Assembly (NCBI GenBank): GCA_902791935.1
Contig: CADAXQ010000001.1
Span: 105,561 to 169,560 of the forward strand
From: an uncultured Erysipelotrichaceae bacterium
GTDB lineage: Bacteria; Bacillota_I; Bacilli_A; RFN20; CAG-826
Direction: 5' to 3'
DNA: 64,000 nucleotides
A model generated the notes under the pieces. That model was given only the letters and a program-made list of their open reading frames with translations, had not been told where the DNA came from and searched no databases. Of this stretch, positions 46,171-56,531 are shown piece by piece. A program made the position numbers and the translations under genes. How positions within the stretch are numbered: position 1 is the first letter of the stretch; each line of letters starts with the position of its first letter.

Positions 46171-46221
46171 AGCTTATGTTCACTTGCTTTATTCGCCATT
46201 TATCGATTGAGAAATAAGTGC

Positions 46222-46250
46222 AAAAAAGAAAAAAGGCGATGTAACGCCTT
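46222..46250 (-). terminator. Rho-independent terminator after xth
   Basis: Minus strand: AAGGCG-TTACAT-CGCCTT followed by TTTTTCTTTTTT. Confidence 0.75.
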
Positions 46251-46269
46251 TCTTCCAAGCAGACGAAGA

Positions 46270-47031
46270 TTAATCCGCTAAATCTAACTCAATCGGGCAA
46301 TGATCGGAACCGGTGATGTCCGTTAAGATCTTGCTGTCTTTGACTTTCGGCATCAAGCGGTTAGAAACGACAAAGTAGTCGATGCGCCAGCCGATGTTCT
46401 TTTCCCTCGCGTGGAAGCGGTAACTCCACCACGAATAGGTCACGTCATTTGGATGTAACGCCCGGAACGTATCGGTGAAACCATGCGACAAAAGATTCGT
46501 GAACATCGACCGTTCTTGGTCAGTAAAGCCAGCTGACATATGGTTGCTGTCAGGATTTTTAATATCGATTTCTTCGTGGGCTACGTTTAAATCCCCTGTA
46601 TAGATGACCGGTTTCTTGACGTCTAGTTCCGTCAAATAATCTAATAAATCTTTTTCATATTCCGTCCGGAAGTCGAGTCGTTTTAACCCTTCCCCCGAAT
46701 TTGGCACATAGGCACCCACGTAATAGAAGTCCGGAAACTCTAACGTAATCACACGGCCTTCGTTGTCGTACTTGCCATCTTTTAAGCCATAATGCACAGA
46801 CAATGGCTTATGCTTGCTAAAGACAGCGACGCCGGAATAGCCTTTTCGTTCTTTTGAAGACGTCCGGAACGCTTCATAGCCATCTTTCCAAAACGGGAAG
46901 GGGTCTTTTCCTTCCGTGAACTTCGTCTCCTCCGCCAAAAAGACATCGGCATCGAGACGAGAAAAAGTCTCGTCGAAGCCTTTTTGTAAGACAGCACGAA
47001 TGCCATTGACATTGAATGAGACGAATTTCAT
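46270..47031 (-). CDS. xth: Exodeoxyribonuclease III
   Basis: 253 aa from MKFVSFNVNGIRA, with EEP-fold motifs (LAEETK, TGDLNVAH, SDHCPIELD). GGAGG lies upstream of ATG 47031. The track ORF is trimmed by 28 codons. Confidence 0.92.
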   Translation of the reverse strand: MKFVSFNVNGIRAVLQKGFDETFSRLDADVFLAEETKFTEGKDPFPFWKDGYEAFRTSSKERKGYSGVAVFSKHKPLSVHYGLKDGKYDNEGRVITLEFPDFYYVGAYVPNSGEGLKRLDFRTEYEKDLLDYLTELDVKKPVIYTGDLNVAHEEIDIKNPDSNHMSAGFTDQERSMFTNLLSHGFTDTFRALHPNDVTYSWWSYRFHAREKNIGWRIDYFVVSNRLMPKVKDSKILTDITGSDHCPIELDLAD

Positions 47032-47094
47032 AAGGTTCCTCCGTGTGCTTCTCCTATAGGAGAACGGCACGCTTTTCGCTATAATCATTGTAGT

Positions 47095-50000
47095 ATGTCC
47101 TTTGTTCCCTTGCACGTCTATAGCGGTTTCTCTTATCTTGAGAGCGCTTTGTCCGCGAAGTTATTGCCCGCTTATGCGAAGAAATACCATTACCAGGCCA
47201 TTGCGATCTGCGATGACGGAACACTTTCCGGTTATGCGCCTTTTACTCATAGTGCCCTCGATGGTGGCATCCATCCCGTCTACGGCATGGACGTCCGCTT
47301 TGGTGACGAAATCTATTCGTTATTCGTCCAAAACGAAACGGGGTATCGGAACTTACTTCCTTTGACGTTACTTTGCTCCGAGCAAAAGATGACGAAAGAA
47401 CAGCTTATCTCACATGCCTCGGGGCTTACGCTAGTCTATTCGCCAGATCCCTTCTATTTCGGACGACTTTCAGAGACGGAAGAAAAAACATTCGCCGAAA
47501 ATCTTTCTCGTGTGACGCGTGCCTTCCCTTCATGCTATCTCGGCATCCCCTATTACCCGAATAATGCCGCTTATATCGCAAGATTACGGGGCTTTGCCGC
47601 CAAATATTCCTATTCGACTATCGCTTTCCCCTTCCTCCGTTATGAAAAGAAGGCCGATGCGATTGCCCTAGAGATTCTTCAAGCCATTCAAAAACAAGAG
47701 AACCTGACCCAAAAAGAGAAAAGCGGCAATGAATGCTTCTTAACCCCCGAAGAACTCGCGGCCTTCTATTCGTTAGAAGAATTGAATCGAACGGGCCAAA
47801 TTGCCGATGAGACGGATTTTAAGCTGTTACAAAAACGCGGTGGCTTGTTGCATTACCCAAACGATTTAGGACTCACGAGTGAAGAACTCCTTCGTAAGAT
47901 GACCCTAGAAGGACTACAAAAGCACGTTCCTAACGCCTCACAAGAATACCTTGACCGCATTGATTACGAGTTGTCCGTCATTAACAAGATGGGCTATGCC
48001 GACTACTTCTTAATCGTGCAAGATTACGTGAACTGGGCCAAAACCCATGGGGTATCCGTGGGGCCGGGTCGTGGCTCTGGCGCCGGTTCTTTGGTTTCTT
48101 ATTGCTTAGACATTGTGACCTTAGACCCGGTCCGTTATCATTTGATTTTCGAACGGTTTTTGAACCCCGAAAGACGGTCAATGCCCGATATTGACGTCGA
48201 TTTTGCCGATGTTTCGCGTGACCGCGTGGTCCGTTATTTGCAAGACAAATACGGCATCGAACGGGTCGGGCACGTTTTAACGACGCAGAATATCTTGGCC
48301 AAACAAGCGTTACGCGATGTCGGACGCGTCTATGGGTATGATGACAGCAAGGAAGTATCTCCCCTTATCAGCACCTTGATGTATCCGATGCATTCGTTGC
48401 GTTTTAACTATCGAAACTCCCCGAAATTCAAAGAAAAGGTCGATAGCGATCGTTATTACCTGACTTTAGTAGGCCTGGCCGCCAAGATTGAAGGCTTGCC
48501 CCGTCAGGCGGGTCTCCATGCCGCCGGTATCGTATTGAATGACACCCCATTACCTACGGCCATCCCTACCTCGGATAACCCCGAAGTTGGTTATGTGGCG
48601 TGTCTTGAGAAAGACTATCTCGAAGAACAAGGCTTCTTAAAAATGGACTTGCTCGGTTTAAGAAACCTCACGATCATCGATGAATGCTTGACGCTAATTG
48701 CCAAAGACAAAGGGGTCAAACTCGATGCTGAAAAGATTCCTTACGATGATCCCGATTCCATCGCCATCATCCGTCAAGGCAAGGTCATGGGCTTATTCCA
48801 GCTTGAAAGTGGCGGTATGAAACGGGCGATTCAAACGGTGCAACCGACTTCGTTCGAAGACGTGGCTGCCTTATTGGCCTTATTCCGTCCAGGTCCAATG
48901 GAATCGATTCCTTCGTTTGCAAGGCGGAAACATGGACAAGAAAAAATCGAATATCTATCGCCTGAACTAGAACCGATCTTAAAAGATACCTATGGTATCA
49001 TTGTCTATCAGGAGCAAATCATGCAGATTGTGCGTGCCATGGCGGGTTTTAGCTATGGCCAAGCCGATTTGTTCCGTCGCGCCATCTCGAAAAAGAAAGT
49101 CGAGCAATTAAACGAATTGAAGTCTTCGTTCCTAGAAGGTTGTGCCAAAAATGGCAAAGACCCGGTGGTTGCTGAGAAAGTCTATGACTTGATTTACCGT
49201 TTCGCGAACTATGGTTTCAATAAGTCGCACGCCTATTCTTATGCCGTCATCACGTGCCAAATGGCTTATCTCAAGAAGCACTACCCCGCCGAATTCTACT
49301 GCGCCATCTTGGATTTCTTGTCGCCGTCTGATCCGAAGTTCGCGAGTACTTTGCAAGAACTAAAAGCCCTCCAGATCCGTTTGGTGGTGCCAGACGTCAA
49401 CCGAAGCGGCCTCTCCTTCCAAGTCGAAGGACAAAGCATCCGCTTTCCATTAACCCCAATTAAGGATTTGCAAGGCAAACTGGCTTCTTCTATCGTGGAC
49501 GAACGGAATCTTCATGGCCCTTATACCGATTTCTTTGATTTTGCTTCGCGCCTTAAATCCGCCGGACTTAATCTTCGTATCTTGGTGCGATTAGTCGATG
49601 CCGGGGCTTTTGATTCCCTTTGCTCTTCTAGACAAACGTTACGGGCTTCTGCCGCGAGCGCCATGCAGTATGCCGACTTAACGGGTGGCGAAGAAAATGG
49701 GCAACAATTCTTGACTGATATTGGGATTGCCAAACCGCTTCTCGAACGTGAACCCGATGATTTACGCGCGAACTTAGAGGCAGAATATAATGCGCTTGGC
49801 ATGATGGTTTCGGGATCCCCGTTATCGTTATATCAAGAGGAAATTAAGAAGTTGCCGCATTATTGCCCGCTTCATGAATTAGGGAATGCCCCTTACCACA
49901 CCATGACGGCCGGGGTACTTCGTGGTGCCCGCGCCATCACGACCAAAAGTGGCAAAAAGATGGCCTTCTTAGAACTCTATGACGAAGTATCCGTCAAAGA

Positions 50001-50148
50001 GTTTACGGTGTTCCCCAGCGTTTATGAAGCTTGTTATGCCGTATTAACCACTGGTGCCGTATTGGCCGTGGAATGTCATAAAGACGATCGAAAAGACGGA
50101 ACCTATATCATCGATTCCGCCCGTGCCTTAGGAGAGAATGAACCATGA
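47095..50148 (+). CDS. dnaE: DNA polymerase III alpha subunit, DnaE type
   Basis: 1017 aa with an N-terminal PHP domain (VPLHVYSGFSYLES), polymerase core (PDIDVDF, GLLKMDLLGLRNL), HhH and OB-fold. Confidence 0.95.
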   Translation: MSFVPLHVYSGFSYLESALSAKLLPAYAKKYHYQAIAICDDGTLSGYAPFTHSALDGGIHPVYGMDVRFGDEIYSLFVQNETGYRNLLPLTLLCSEQKMTKEQLISHASGLTLVYSPDPFYFGRLSETEEKTFAENLSRVTRAFPSCYLGIPYYPNNAAYIARLRGFAAKYSYSTIAFPFLRYEKKADAIALEILQAIQKQENLTQKEKSGNECFLTPEELAAFYSLEELNRTGQIADETDFKLLQKRGGLLHYPNDLGLTSEELLRKMTLEGLQKHVPNASQEYLDRIDYELSVINKMGYADYFLIVQDYVNWAKTHGVSVGPGRGSGAGSLVSYCLDIVTLDPVRYHLIFERFLNPERRSMPDIDVDFADVSRDRVVRYLQDKYGIERVGHVLTTQNILAKQALRDVGRVYGYDDSKEVSPLISTLMYPMHSLRFNYRNSPKFKEKVDSDRYYLTLVGLAAKIEGLPRQAGLHAAGIVLNDTPLPTAIPTSDNPEVGYVACLEKDYLEEQGFLKMDLLGLRNLTIIDECLTLIAKDKGVKLDAEKIPYDDPDSIAIIRQGKVMGLFQLESGGMKRAIQTVQPTSFEDVAALLALFRPGPMESIPSFARRKHGQEKIEYLSPELEPILKDTYGIIVYQEQIMQIVRAMAGFSYGQADLFRRAISKKKVEQLNELKSSFLEGCAKNGKDPVVAEKVYDLIYRFANYGFNKSHAYSYAVITCQMAYLKKHYPAEFYCAILDFLSPSDPKFASTLQELKALQIRLVVPDVNRSGLSFQVEGQSIRFPLTPIKDLQGKLASSIVDERNLHGPYTDFFDFASRLKSAGLNLRILVRLVDAGAFDSLCSSRQTLRASAASAMQYADLTGGEENGQQFLTDIGIAKPLLEREPDDLRANLEAEYNALGMMVSGSPLSLYQEEIKKLPHYCPLHELGNAPYHTMTAGVLRGARAITTKSGKKMAFLELYDEVSVKEFTVFPSVYEACYAVLTTGAVLAVECHKDDRKDGTYIIDSARALGENEP

Positions 50149-52742
50149 AAAAGTTATTGGTGATCGATGGGAACAGTTTATTGTTCCGTGCTTACTATGC
50201 GACGAGTTATTCGGGCGCCATCATGACGACGAAAGACGGCGTTCCTACGAATGCCATCTTTGCCTTCGCGAATATGCTTACAAAGCTACTTTCTTCGTTC
50301 CATGGCGACGAATCGATTTTCATTGGCTTTGATGCCGATTCCCATACGTTCCGGAAGGACGAATATGCCGAATACAAAGCCAATCGGAAGCCCTGCCCCG
50401 AAGAATTAAAGAAACAATTCCCGATCTCACGGGAACTTTGTCACGCCTTAGGAATCCTTTGCTACGAAGAACATGGCGTGGAAGCGGATGATTTGTGTGG
50501 CACGGTAGCAAAGCTTGCTTCCCAACAAGGTTACGAAGTCATGATTTACACTTCCGACCGCGACTACTTGCAGTTGATTGATTCTCAGATTTCGGTGTCT
50601 TTGTTAAAGACTGGTCTCTCGAATATGGACCTTATCACCGAAGGTAATATGGTCGAGAAGTTTGGCTTCACTCCGAAACAAATCATCGACTACAAAGGTT
50701 TGCGGGGTGATGATTCCGATAATTTGCCAGGCATTCCGGGCATTGGGGACAAGACTGCCATTAAGCTCATTCATGAATATGGCAGCTTAGATGCCATCTT
50801 TGCCGCCGCCCCAAACCAAAAAGGCAAAGTCTGGGAGAACATCCGAAACAACGAAGCACAAGGACGAGCTTGTTACCACTTGGCCACCATCTTGACCGAT
50901 GTGAAGCTCCCCTTCACGCTAGAAGATCTGGTTTATCATGGGTATTCGTTCGAAGACGTCTCACGTTTTGCGAATCGTTACGAACTACATCAGCTCTTAT
51001 CGCGTCTTCCCGCCCGTTTAAAACAAGGCGGATCTAACGATAACGGACCTTCTTTAGAAATGGTGAAATCCATGCCGCTTCGCACATTCACTGGACCTTG
51101 TGGCTTGGCACTAGATCTTGATTTTTCTGAATATCATGATGAGGTTCCTTGTGGCGTTGCCATTGCCAATGGAGAAAAATCCTACTACGAAACCTGGGAT
51201 GATTTCTTACAAGATAAACCATTCCAAGCTTGGTTAGCTGACGCTTCGAAAGAAAAAGAGGTATATGACGGAAAAGCCACCATCTATGCGCTAGGAAAAG
51301 CAGGTTTTCCGATTGCTGGCATTCAAAACGACATCTTATTGATGGCCTACTTATTAGATAGTTCCATCACGGATGACCCAACTTTGGTGTATACGTCTTT
51401 TGGTGTTGATGTCTCCGATACAAACGAAAGCCAAGGTGGATTATTGGCCCAAGGGAAACCCAAAACCACGATGAAGATGGCTTACTACGCCTTGCATTTG
51501 TTAGGAAAAGCCGAAACCAGCTTAAAAGCCGTCGATGCGTATCGCCTCTACCATGAAGTCGAGTTCCCTTTGATGTTCGTGTTAGCCAAGATGGAGCAAG
51601 AAGGATTCCCGCTTCACCCCGAAGTCTTAAAAGGATTTGGCGAAGAATTCCAAAAACAACGCGATGCCGCCCAAGCGAAAGTCTATGAGCTAGCGAAACA
51701 TCCGTTTAATTTGAATTCACCCAAGCAAATCGCGACGGTACTTTATACCGAAATGGGCATTCCCGATACGAAACATGGCTCAACTTCAAGCGATGTCTTA
51801 GAAGAAGAACGGCTGCGTTATCCGATTATCGATGCTTTGTTGACGTACCGAAAGTATGCGAAACTCATGAGCACCTATGTCGAAGGCCTGTTACCTTGCA
51901 TCAAAAGCGATGGCAAGATCCACTCCTACTTTAACCAAGCCCAAACCTCGACGGGCCGGCTTTCTTCTTCCTCGCCGAACCTTCAAAACATCAGTGTCCG
52001 TGACGAAGAAGGCCGACAAATTCGGAAGGCGTTCTATTATGACGATCCGTCTGTGGTCTTATTGTCGCTAGACTATCACCAGATTGAACTCCGTCTTTTA
52101 GCGGCCTTATCGCATTGTCAAAACTACATCGATGTCTTTAATGAAGGACGCGATGTCCATACCGAAACGGCAAAACGGATTTTCCATGTGGACGAAGTCA
52201 CGCCAGAACTTAGACGGAAAGCCAAAGCCGTGAACTTCGCGATTATCTATGGCACTTCCGTCTTTGGCTTGGCCCAGCAAATCGGGGGAAGTCGTGCGGA
52301 AGCGCAAGAGATCATCCGGAGTTTCTATCTCACCTACCCTGAAGTGGGCACGTATTTGAATTCGTTGCTCCAAGAGGTGAATCAAAAAGGTTATGTGACC
52401 ACGATGTTTGGCAGACGCCGTTACTTCCGTGATTTAAAGAGTTCGAATTACCAACAAAAAGCCGCGGCGGAACGGGCGGCCTTAAATGCGCCGGTGCAAG
52501 GCTCGGCAGCTGACTTAATTAAGCTCGCCATGGTCAAAGTCGATGAATTCTTGACGAAAGAACATCTTCAAACGAAGATGGTGCTTCAAATCCATGACGA
52601 ATTGATATTCCGCGTTCCGCAGAATGAACTCGAATACGTGAAAACAAAGATCAGCGATATCATGACCCACGCGGTGGATTTGCCAGTTTCGTTAACGGTC
52701 GAAGCTGGCATTGGCCATACCTGGTATGACGCGAAGGACTAA
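50145..52742 (+). CDS. polA: DNA polymerase I
   Basis: 865 aa with a 5'-3' exonuclease N-terminus (LLVIDGNSLLFRAYYA), and Pol A motifs DYHQIELR, RRKAKAVNFAIIYG and QIHDELIF. The start overlaps the dnaE stop (ATGA). Confidence 0.97.
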   Translation: MKKLLVIDGNSLLFRAYYATSYSGAIMTTKDGVPTNAIFAFANMLTKLLSSFHGDESIFIGFDADSHTFRKDEYAEYKANRKPCPEELKKQFPISRELCHALGILCYEEHGVEADDLCGTVAKLASQQGYEVMIYTSDRDYLQLIDSQISVSLLKTGLSNMDLITEGNMVEKFGFTPKQIIDYKGLRGDDSDNLPGIPGIGDKTAIKLIHEYGSLDAIFAAAPNQKGKVWENIRNNEAQGRACYHLATILTDVKLPFTLEDLVYHGYSFEDVSRFANRYELHQLLSRLPARLKQGGSNDNGPSLEMVKSMPLRTFTGPCGLALDLDFSEYHDEVPCGVAIANGEKSYYETWDDFLQDKPFQAWLADASKEKEVYDGKATIYALGKAGFPIAGIQNDILLMAYLLDSSITDDPTLVYTSFGVDVSDTNESQGGLLAQGKPKTTMKMAYYALHLLGKAETSLKAVDAYRLYHEVEFPLMFVLAKMEQEGFPLHPEVLKGFGEEFQKQRDAAQAKVYELAKHPFNLNSPKQIATVLYTEMGIPDTKHGSTSSDVLEEERLRYPIIDALLTYRKYAKLMSTYVEGLLPCIKSDGKIHSYFNQAQTSTGRLSSSSPNLQNISVRDEEGRQIRKAFYYDDPSVVLLSLDYHQIELRLLAALSHCQNYIDVFNEGRDVHTETAKRIFHVDEVTPELRRKAKAVNFAIIYGTSVFGLAQQIGGSRAEAQEIIRSFYLTYPEVGTYLNSLLQEVNQKGYVTTMFGRRRYFRDLKSSNYQQKAAAERAALNAPVQGSAADLIKLAMVKVDEFLTKEHLQTKMVLQIHDELIFRVPQNELEYVKTKISDIMTHAVDLPVSLTVEAGIGHTWYDAKD

Positions 52743-52747
52743 TTTCT

Positions 52748-54139
52748 ATGCCTGAACTCCCAGAAGTCGAAACCATTGCCCGCATTCTCAATACTTTTTT
52801 GCCGGGGAAAACCATCCAAGCAGTACGGATTATCCGGGCCAAAAACATTGAAAATGATCCCGCCTTTTTTACGCATACGTTAAAAGGTAAGACTTTCTTG
52901 CATGTTTCTCGTCGTGGCAAGTATCTTTTATTTCATTTAACCGATGGTTGGGTCGTCTTGTCGCACTTAAGAATGGAAGGCAAGTACTTCGAAGGCAAGG
53001 CAGGACAAGCCCCGAATCCTTACGACATCGTGTTTTATGACTTTACGGATGGAAGTTCATTACGTTATGAAGATGTCCGAAAATTCGGGCGGTTACGATT
53101 AAATCGCGAAGATGAGGTTGAAAACATTCCTCCTCTTTCGGAATTAGGACCTGAGCCATGGGAGGCAAAACCCGATGTGTTTTTGATGGATTTGCATCGT
53201 CACGCATCTTTGCCAATCAAAAGTGCTTTAATGGATCAACACATCATCGCCGGCATTGGAAACATCTATGCGGATGAAACGTTATTTGCCGCGAAGATAT
53301 CGCCGAAAGAAGCGGCCAAAGATGTCGACGAAAAACAGGCAATTACCTTGCTTCAATCCGCGAATGCCGTCTTAAAAGAAGCCGTTTTAGAAGGGGGATC
53401 GACCATTCGCTCCTATCACCCAAAACAAGGGATGAGTGGCCAAATGCAGAATCATCTTGAAGTCTATGGCAAAGGCAATACGCCGTGTCCTCGTTGTGGC
53501 GCACCATTACGTTCGATTCGTATCGGGCAAAGAAGTTCGGTTTATTGCCCCGTTTGCCAACACGAAGAAGGAAAACCGTTTATTGTCGGGATTTCTGGCC
53601 CAATCGCCTCGGGAAAATCCACGGTCTCCGCTTATTTAGCCAAGAAGGGTTACCGCATTTTAGATGCTGATGAGCTTTCCCATGAAGCGTATACGGTTCC
53701 TTCGATTCGAAAGAAAATCGCAAGATCGTTTGGAGAAGATGTGTTAACGCCGACCGGCATTGACCGCGCAAAGATGTTAAACATTGTTTCGGAAGACTCG
53801 AAGAAACGGAAGCGCTTAGAACGCATCATTCACCCCTATGTTTATCAAAAGACCCAAGAGGTCATCGACGCCGGCAAAGATTTAATAATCGCGATTGATA
53901 TGCCGCTTCTTTTGACTTCGCCTTTCTTGAATCAATGCGATTTGGTAATTGGGATTGCTGCTCCTGAAGAAATCCGTTATCAAAGATTAATTGCCCGTGG
54001 CGTCGATCCGAAACGGGCTTTAGAGCTCAACCGCTCCTTCCCGATGGCAAAATGTAAAAAAGCCGCCGGCATCTTGCTCGATGGCAGCGGTTCTTTGTCC
54101 GACTTAGAACAACAATTAGACGCTTATCCTTTTCTATGA
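52748..54139 (+). CDS. mutM-coaE: Fused formamidopyrimidine-DNA glycosylase (Fpg/MutM) and dephospho-CoA kinase (CoaE)
   Basis: Residues 1-~275 are Fpg: MPELPEVE, H2TH, and zinc finger CPRCGAPL...YCPVCQ. After a 7-aa linker (HEEGKPF) comes the CoaE P-loop IVGISGPIASGKST, followed by a ~190-aa CoaE-like body. Confidence 0.88.
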   Translation: MPELPEVETIARILNTFLPGKTIQAVRIIRAKNIENDPAFFTHTLKGKTFLHVSRRGKYLLFHLTDGWVVLSHLRMEGKYFEGKAGQAPNPYDIVFYDFTDGSSLRYEDVRKFGRLRLNREDEVENIPPLSELGPEPWEAKPDVFLMDLHRHASLPIKSALMDQHIIAGIGNIYADETLFAAKISPKEAAKDVDEKQAITLLQSANAVLKEAVLEGGSTIRSYHPKQGMSGQMQNHLEVYGKGNTPCPRCGAPLRSIRIGQRSSVYCPVCQHEEGKPFIVGISGPIASGKSTVSAYLAKKGYRILDADELSHEAYTVPSIRKKIARSFGEDVLTPTGIDRAKMLNIVSEDSKKRKRLERIIHPYVYQKTQEVIDAGKDLIIAIDMPLLLTSPFLNQCDLVIGIAAPEEIRYQRLIARGVDPKRALELNRSFPMAKCKKAAGILLDGSGSLSDLEQQLDAYPFL

Positions 54140-55071
54140 GGGATTAAATTCTCAAGTCCTTTTTCAACTTTGAATTCTCCCTCGGGATTTAAGCCTTCTT
54201 GCATGGCTAATTTGTTACGAATCAAATTCGTTAAGCGCTTCGCGATGACATAAGATGCTTTCGAAGTCTGGTATAACGATTGAATCTCATTGAGGGAATA
54301 GTTCGAGGAGAAGAATAACGGGGTGCCACGCTTTGACCGTTCATTGAGTAGCGGCATGACGATTTGGTCGCGGACATAATCCGATTTAAATTCATCCCCG
54401 AAACCATCAAGCACCAATAAATCTGAAGAAAGAATACGTTCCATCGTCTCTTCAAAATTCGGGCGATCCTTAATCGCAAGGTTTTTGAGTTCATCGAATT
54501 CTTGGTTGCAGTTTAAGAATGCGATGTGTTTCCCCGCTTTCGCAATGTCGTTACAAAGGGCCGCCAAAGCATAACTTTTGCCCGTGCCTTCTTCGCCATA
54601 GAAATAAGCCCAGTTCTTCCCGATTTTGTTTTTTAAAGCGAGCAAGGCCACTTGACGGATTTTCCGACTCTTTAAGTCACGCATGCTTTGGGCGGTCGCG
54701 GAAAGCCATTCATCGGAGAAATCCCGGAAGAGATAGTTTTCGGTCAAACGATGTTTTTCTTGCGCGAACGGGCATTCGACCCAGTGATAGGCAAGTTTGC
54801 CAGAATCGCTGATTTCTAAGACCATTTGATAGGATTCTGACGAGGATTTGCATTCGTCTAACCCATGACAAGCGGCACAAGCCGCGTGATTTTCTTGGAA
54901 TTCTAATAAAGTCGGAAGATAAAAAGACATCTCTTCTTTGGCGATCCCAAGCCGTTTTAATTCCGCTTGAATCACTGGATCGTTTTCTAACGAAGCAAGT
55001 AACGAGTCTTTGACGCTTGGCTCAGGTTGTTGGACGGGACTCGATACCGTTAATTTTTTCATGTCGGCCAT
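54124..55071 (-). CDS. dnaI: Primosomal helicase loader DnaI
   Basis: 315 aa with an N-terminal Cys/His cluster (CAACHGLDEC ... ECPF), an AAA+ Walker A GEEGTGKSY and Walker B LLVLDGFGDE. It follows the dnaB-like gene. Confidence 0.82.
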   Translation of the reverse strand: MADMKKLTVSSPVQQPEPSVKDSLLASLENDPVIQAELKRLGIAKEEMSFYLPTLLEFQENHAACAACHGLDECKSSSESYQMVLEISDSGKLAYHWVECPFAQEKHRLTENYLFRDFSDEWLSATAQSMRDLKSRKIRQVALLALKNKIGKNWAYFYGEEGTGKSYALAALCNDIAKAGKHIAFLNCNQEFDELKNLAIKDRPNFEETMERILSSDLLVLDGFGDEFKSDYVRDQIVMPLLNERSKRGTPLFFSSNYSLNEIQSLYQTSKASYVIAKRLTNLIRNKLAMQEGLNPEGEFKVEKGLENLIPHRKG

Positions 55072-55083
55072 CGTTTTCCCTCC

Positions 55084-56361
55084 TTATAGATCCTTCAAGA
55101 AGGCGGCGTAATCTTCGTCGCTCACTTCCATCTCTTCTTCCGCCGTTTTTTCTTTGACCGGGGTGGTTGGTTTTTGTTCTTGTTTTGACGGAACGGGTTT
55201 CGTCTTTGCTTGTGGCTTCTCGCTCTTTCGTTTTTCAGGCGCCGTTTGAATCAAATAGTTAAACGCGTCTAAGGCGGTTTTGCCGCCGCTACGTAGTACT
55301 GCCGCGGCTAAATTGGTCGCCCACGTTGCCGTTAACGTCGGATTCTCTTTCACTTTTAATAAATAGAAAACCACCGCGTTGGCTTGCCCGTTCGTTAAGC
55401 CCATGTCGGTTACTAAAGAATTCGCGATTTCCACTTCTTTCGGGGCAGGTTTACCGCCTCCTTGGAGCGAAGACAAGAATTCCGAACAAGAAGAGCGTTC
55501 CATGGCGCGGACAACTTCCGCAATCGCGCTGTCCCCATTTACGTGGCTCGTTTCCGTCATTTCTTTCTCGCGATGGAAATACGGTCGTTCCTCGTTTTGA
55601 GCGCAAAGATAGCGTAATCGTTCGCGGTCAAGCTTTGATCCCCAGGGGCGATCATTTTGAAACGAACGAATGACGAGCGATGCCATGCTTTCTTCGTCAT
55701 AGGCATAAAGCCCTGCCAAATCACGGATCAGGTTCTTCTCTTCCGAATTAAAACTGTTCTCGTGAATATAAGGTTCTTCTTGATTGACGGCCACAAAGAA
55801 CTTCGTAAAGTCAAACTGAACGCGTAAGGCCAACGAACTTTCTCCCAGCACGTTTTTCACCGGGGTGTAATACGCGGCATTGTCATTATCTTGGAAGTAT
55901 TCGAAGAACTTGGTGGAGACGTTCTCGAATCCTTCTTTCGGCAAAGGATCGAGCTTATATTTCGCGACTAAACGATCGAATTCTTGGGCCGAAACGTAAC
56001 GCCGTAACGTACCTGCCATTAATTCTTGCCCTAAAAAACTCTTCGGGCTTCTTGGGCAATATAGGGCATAAACGTAAGAATTGCCTTGCTCTCCTTTTTG
56101 AAGATACGTAGCAATTAAACCCATGGCTTCTAACCCCGATAAGGCATTCGCGAATTCCCCTTCCGTGACTTGGTAACGCAAGAAGAAATCACCATGCGGT
56201 TTCCAGGTTTGTCTTGGCTCATTCCGTAACGCCAAATAAATTGAAATGGCCCTTAAGCCGAGAATCGGCGCATAAAAATCAAGCAACCACTCTTCTTGGG
56301 CAGAAGAGGGGATGCCTTCGAAACAAACTTCATAACGATCATGACTTTGGGGCAAATTCAT
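55084..56361 (-). CDS. dnaB: Replication initiation/membrane attachment protein (Firmicute DnaB/DnaD-like)
   Basis: 425 aa, immediately upstream of dnaI as in Bacillus. DnaB_2/DnaD-like C-terminal repeats and a basic/acidic tail. The call rests mainly on synteny and general similarity. Confidence 0.7.
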   Translation of the reverse strand: MNLPQSHDRYEVCFEGIPSSAQEEWLLDFYAPILGLRAISIYLALRNEPRQTWKPHGDFFLRYQVTEGEFANALSGLEAMGLIATYLQKGEQGNSYVYALYCPRSPKSFLGQELMAGTLRRYVSAQEFDRLVAKYKLDPLPKEGFENVSTKFFEYFQDNDNAAYYTPVKNVLGESSLALRVQFDFTKFFVAVNQEEPYIHENSFNSEEKNLIRDLAGLYAYDEESMASLVIRSFQNDRPWGSKLDRERLRYLCAQNEERPYFHREKEMTETSHVNGDSAIAEVVRAMERSSCSEFLSSLQGGGKPAPKEVEIANSLVTDMGLTNGQANAVVFYLLKVKENPTLTATWATNLAAAVLRSGGKTALDAFNYLIQTAPEKRKSEKPQAKTKPVPSKQEQKPTTPVKEKTAEEEMEVSDEDYAAFLKDL

Positions 56362-56531
56362 ATCCTATGCATTGTAACATGGAACGGGGTTCCACGCACG
56401 GAGGGACGACAAGAAAGTGAATTCTCTACGGAAGATTTTATTTCGTTCACGAAAACAAGCGATTTTCTATACCCCTAAACACGCTAGGAAGTTTATAATC
56501 TAACGGGTTAGAGTTAACCCGAGGATGACGC

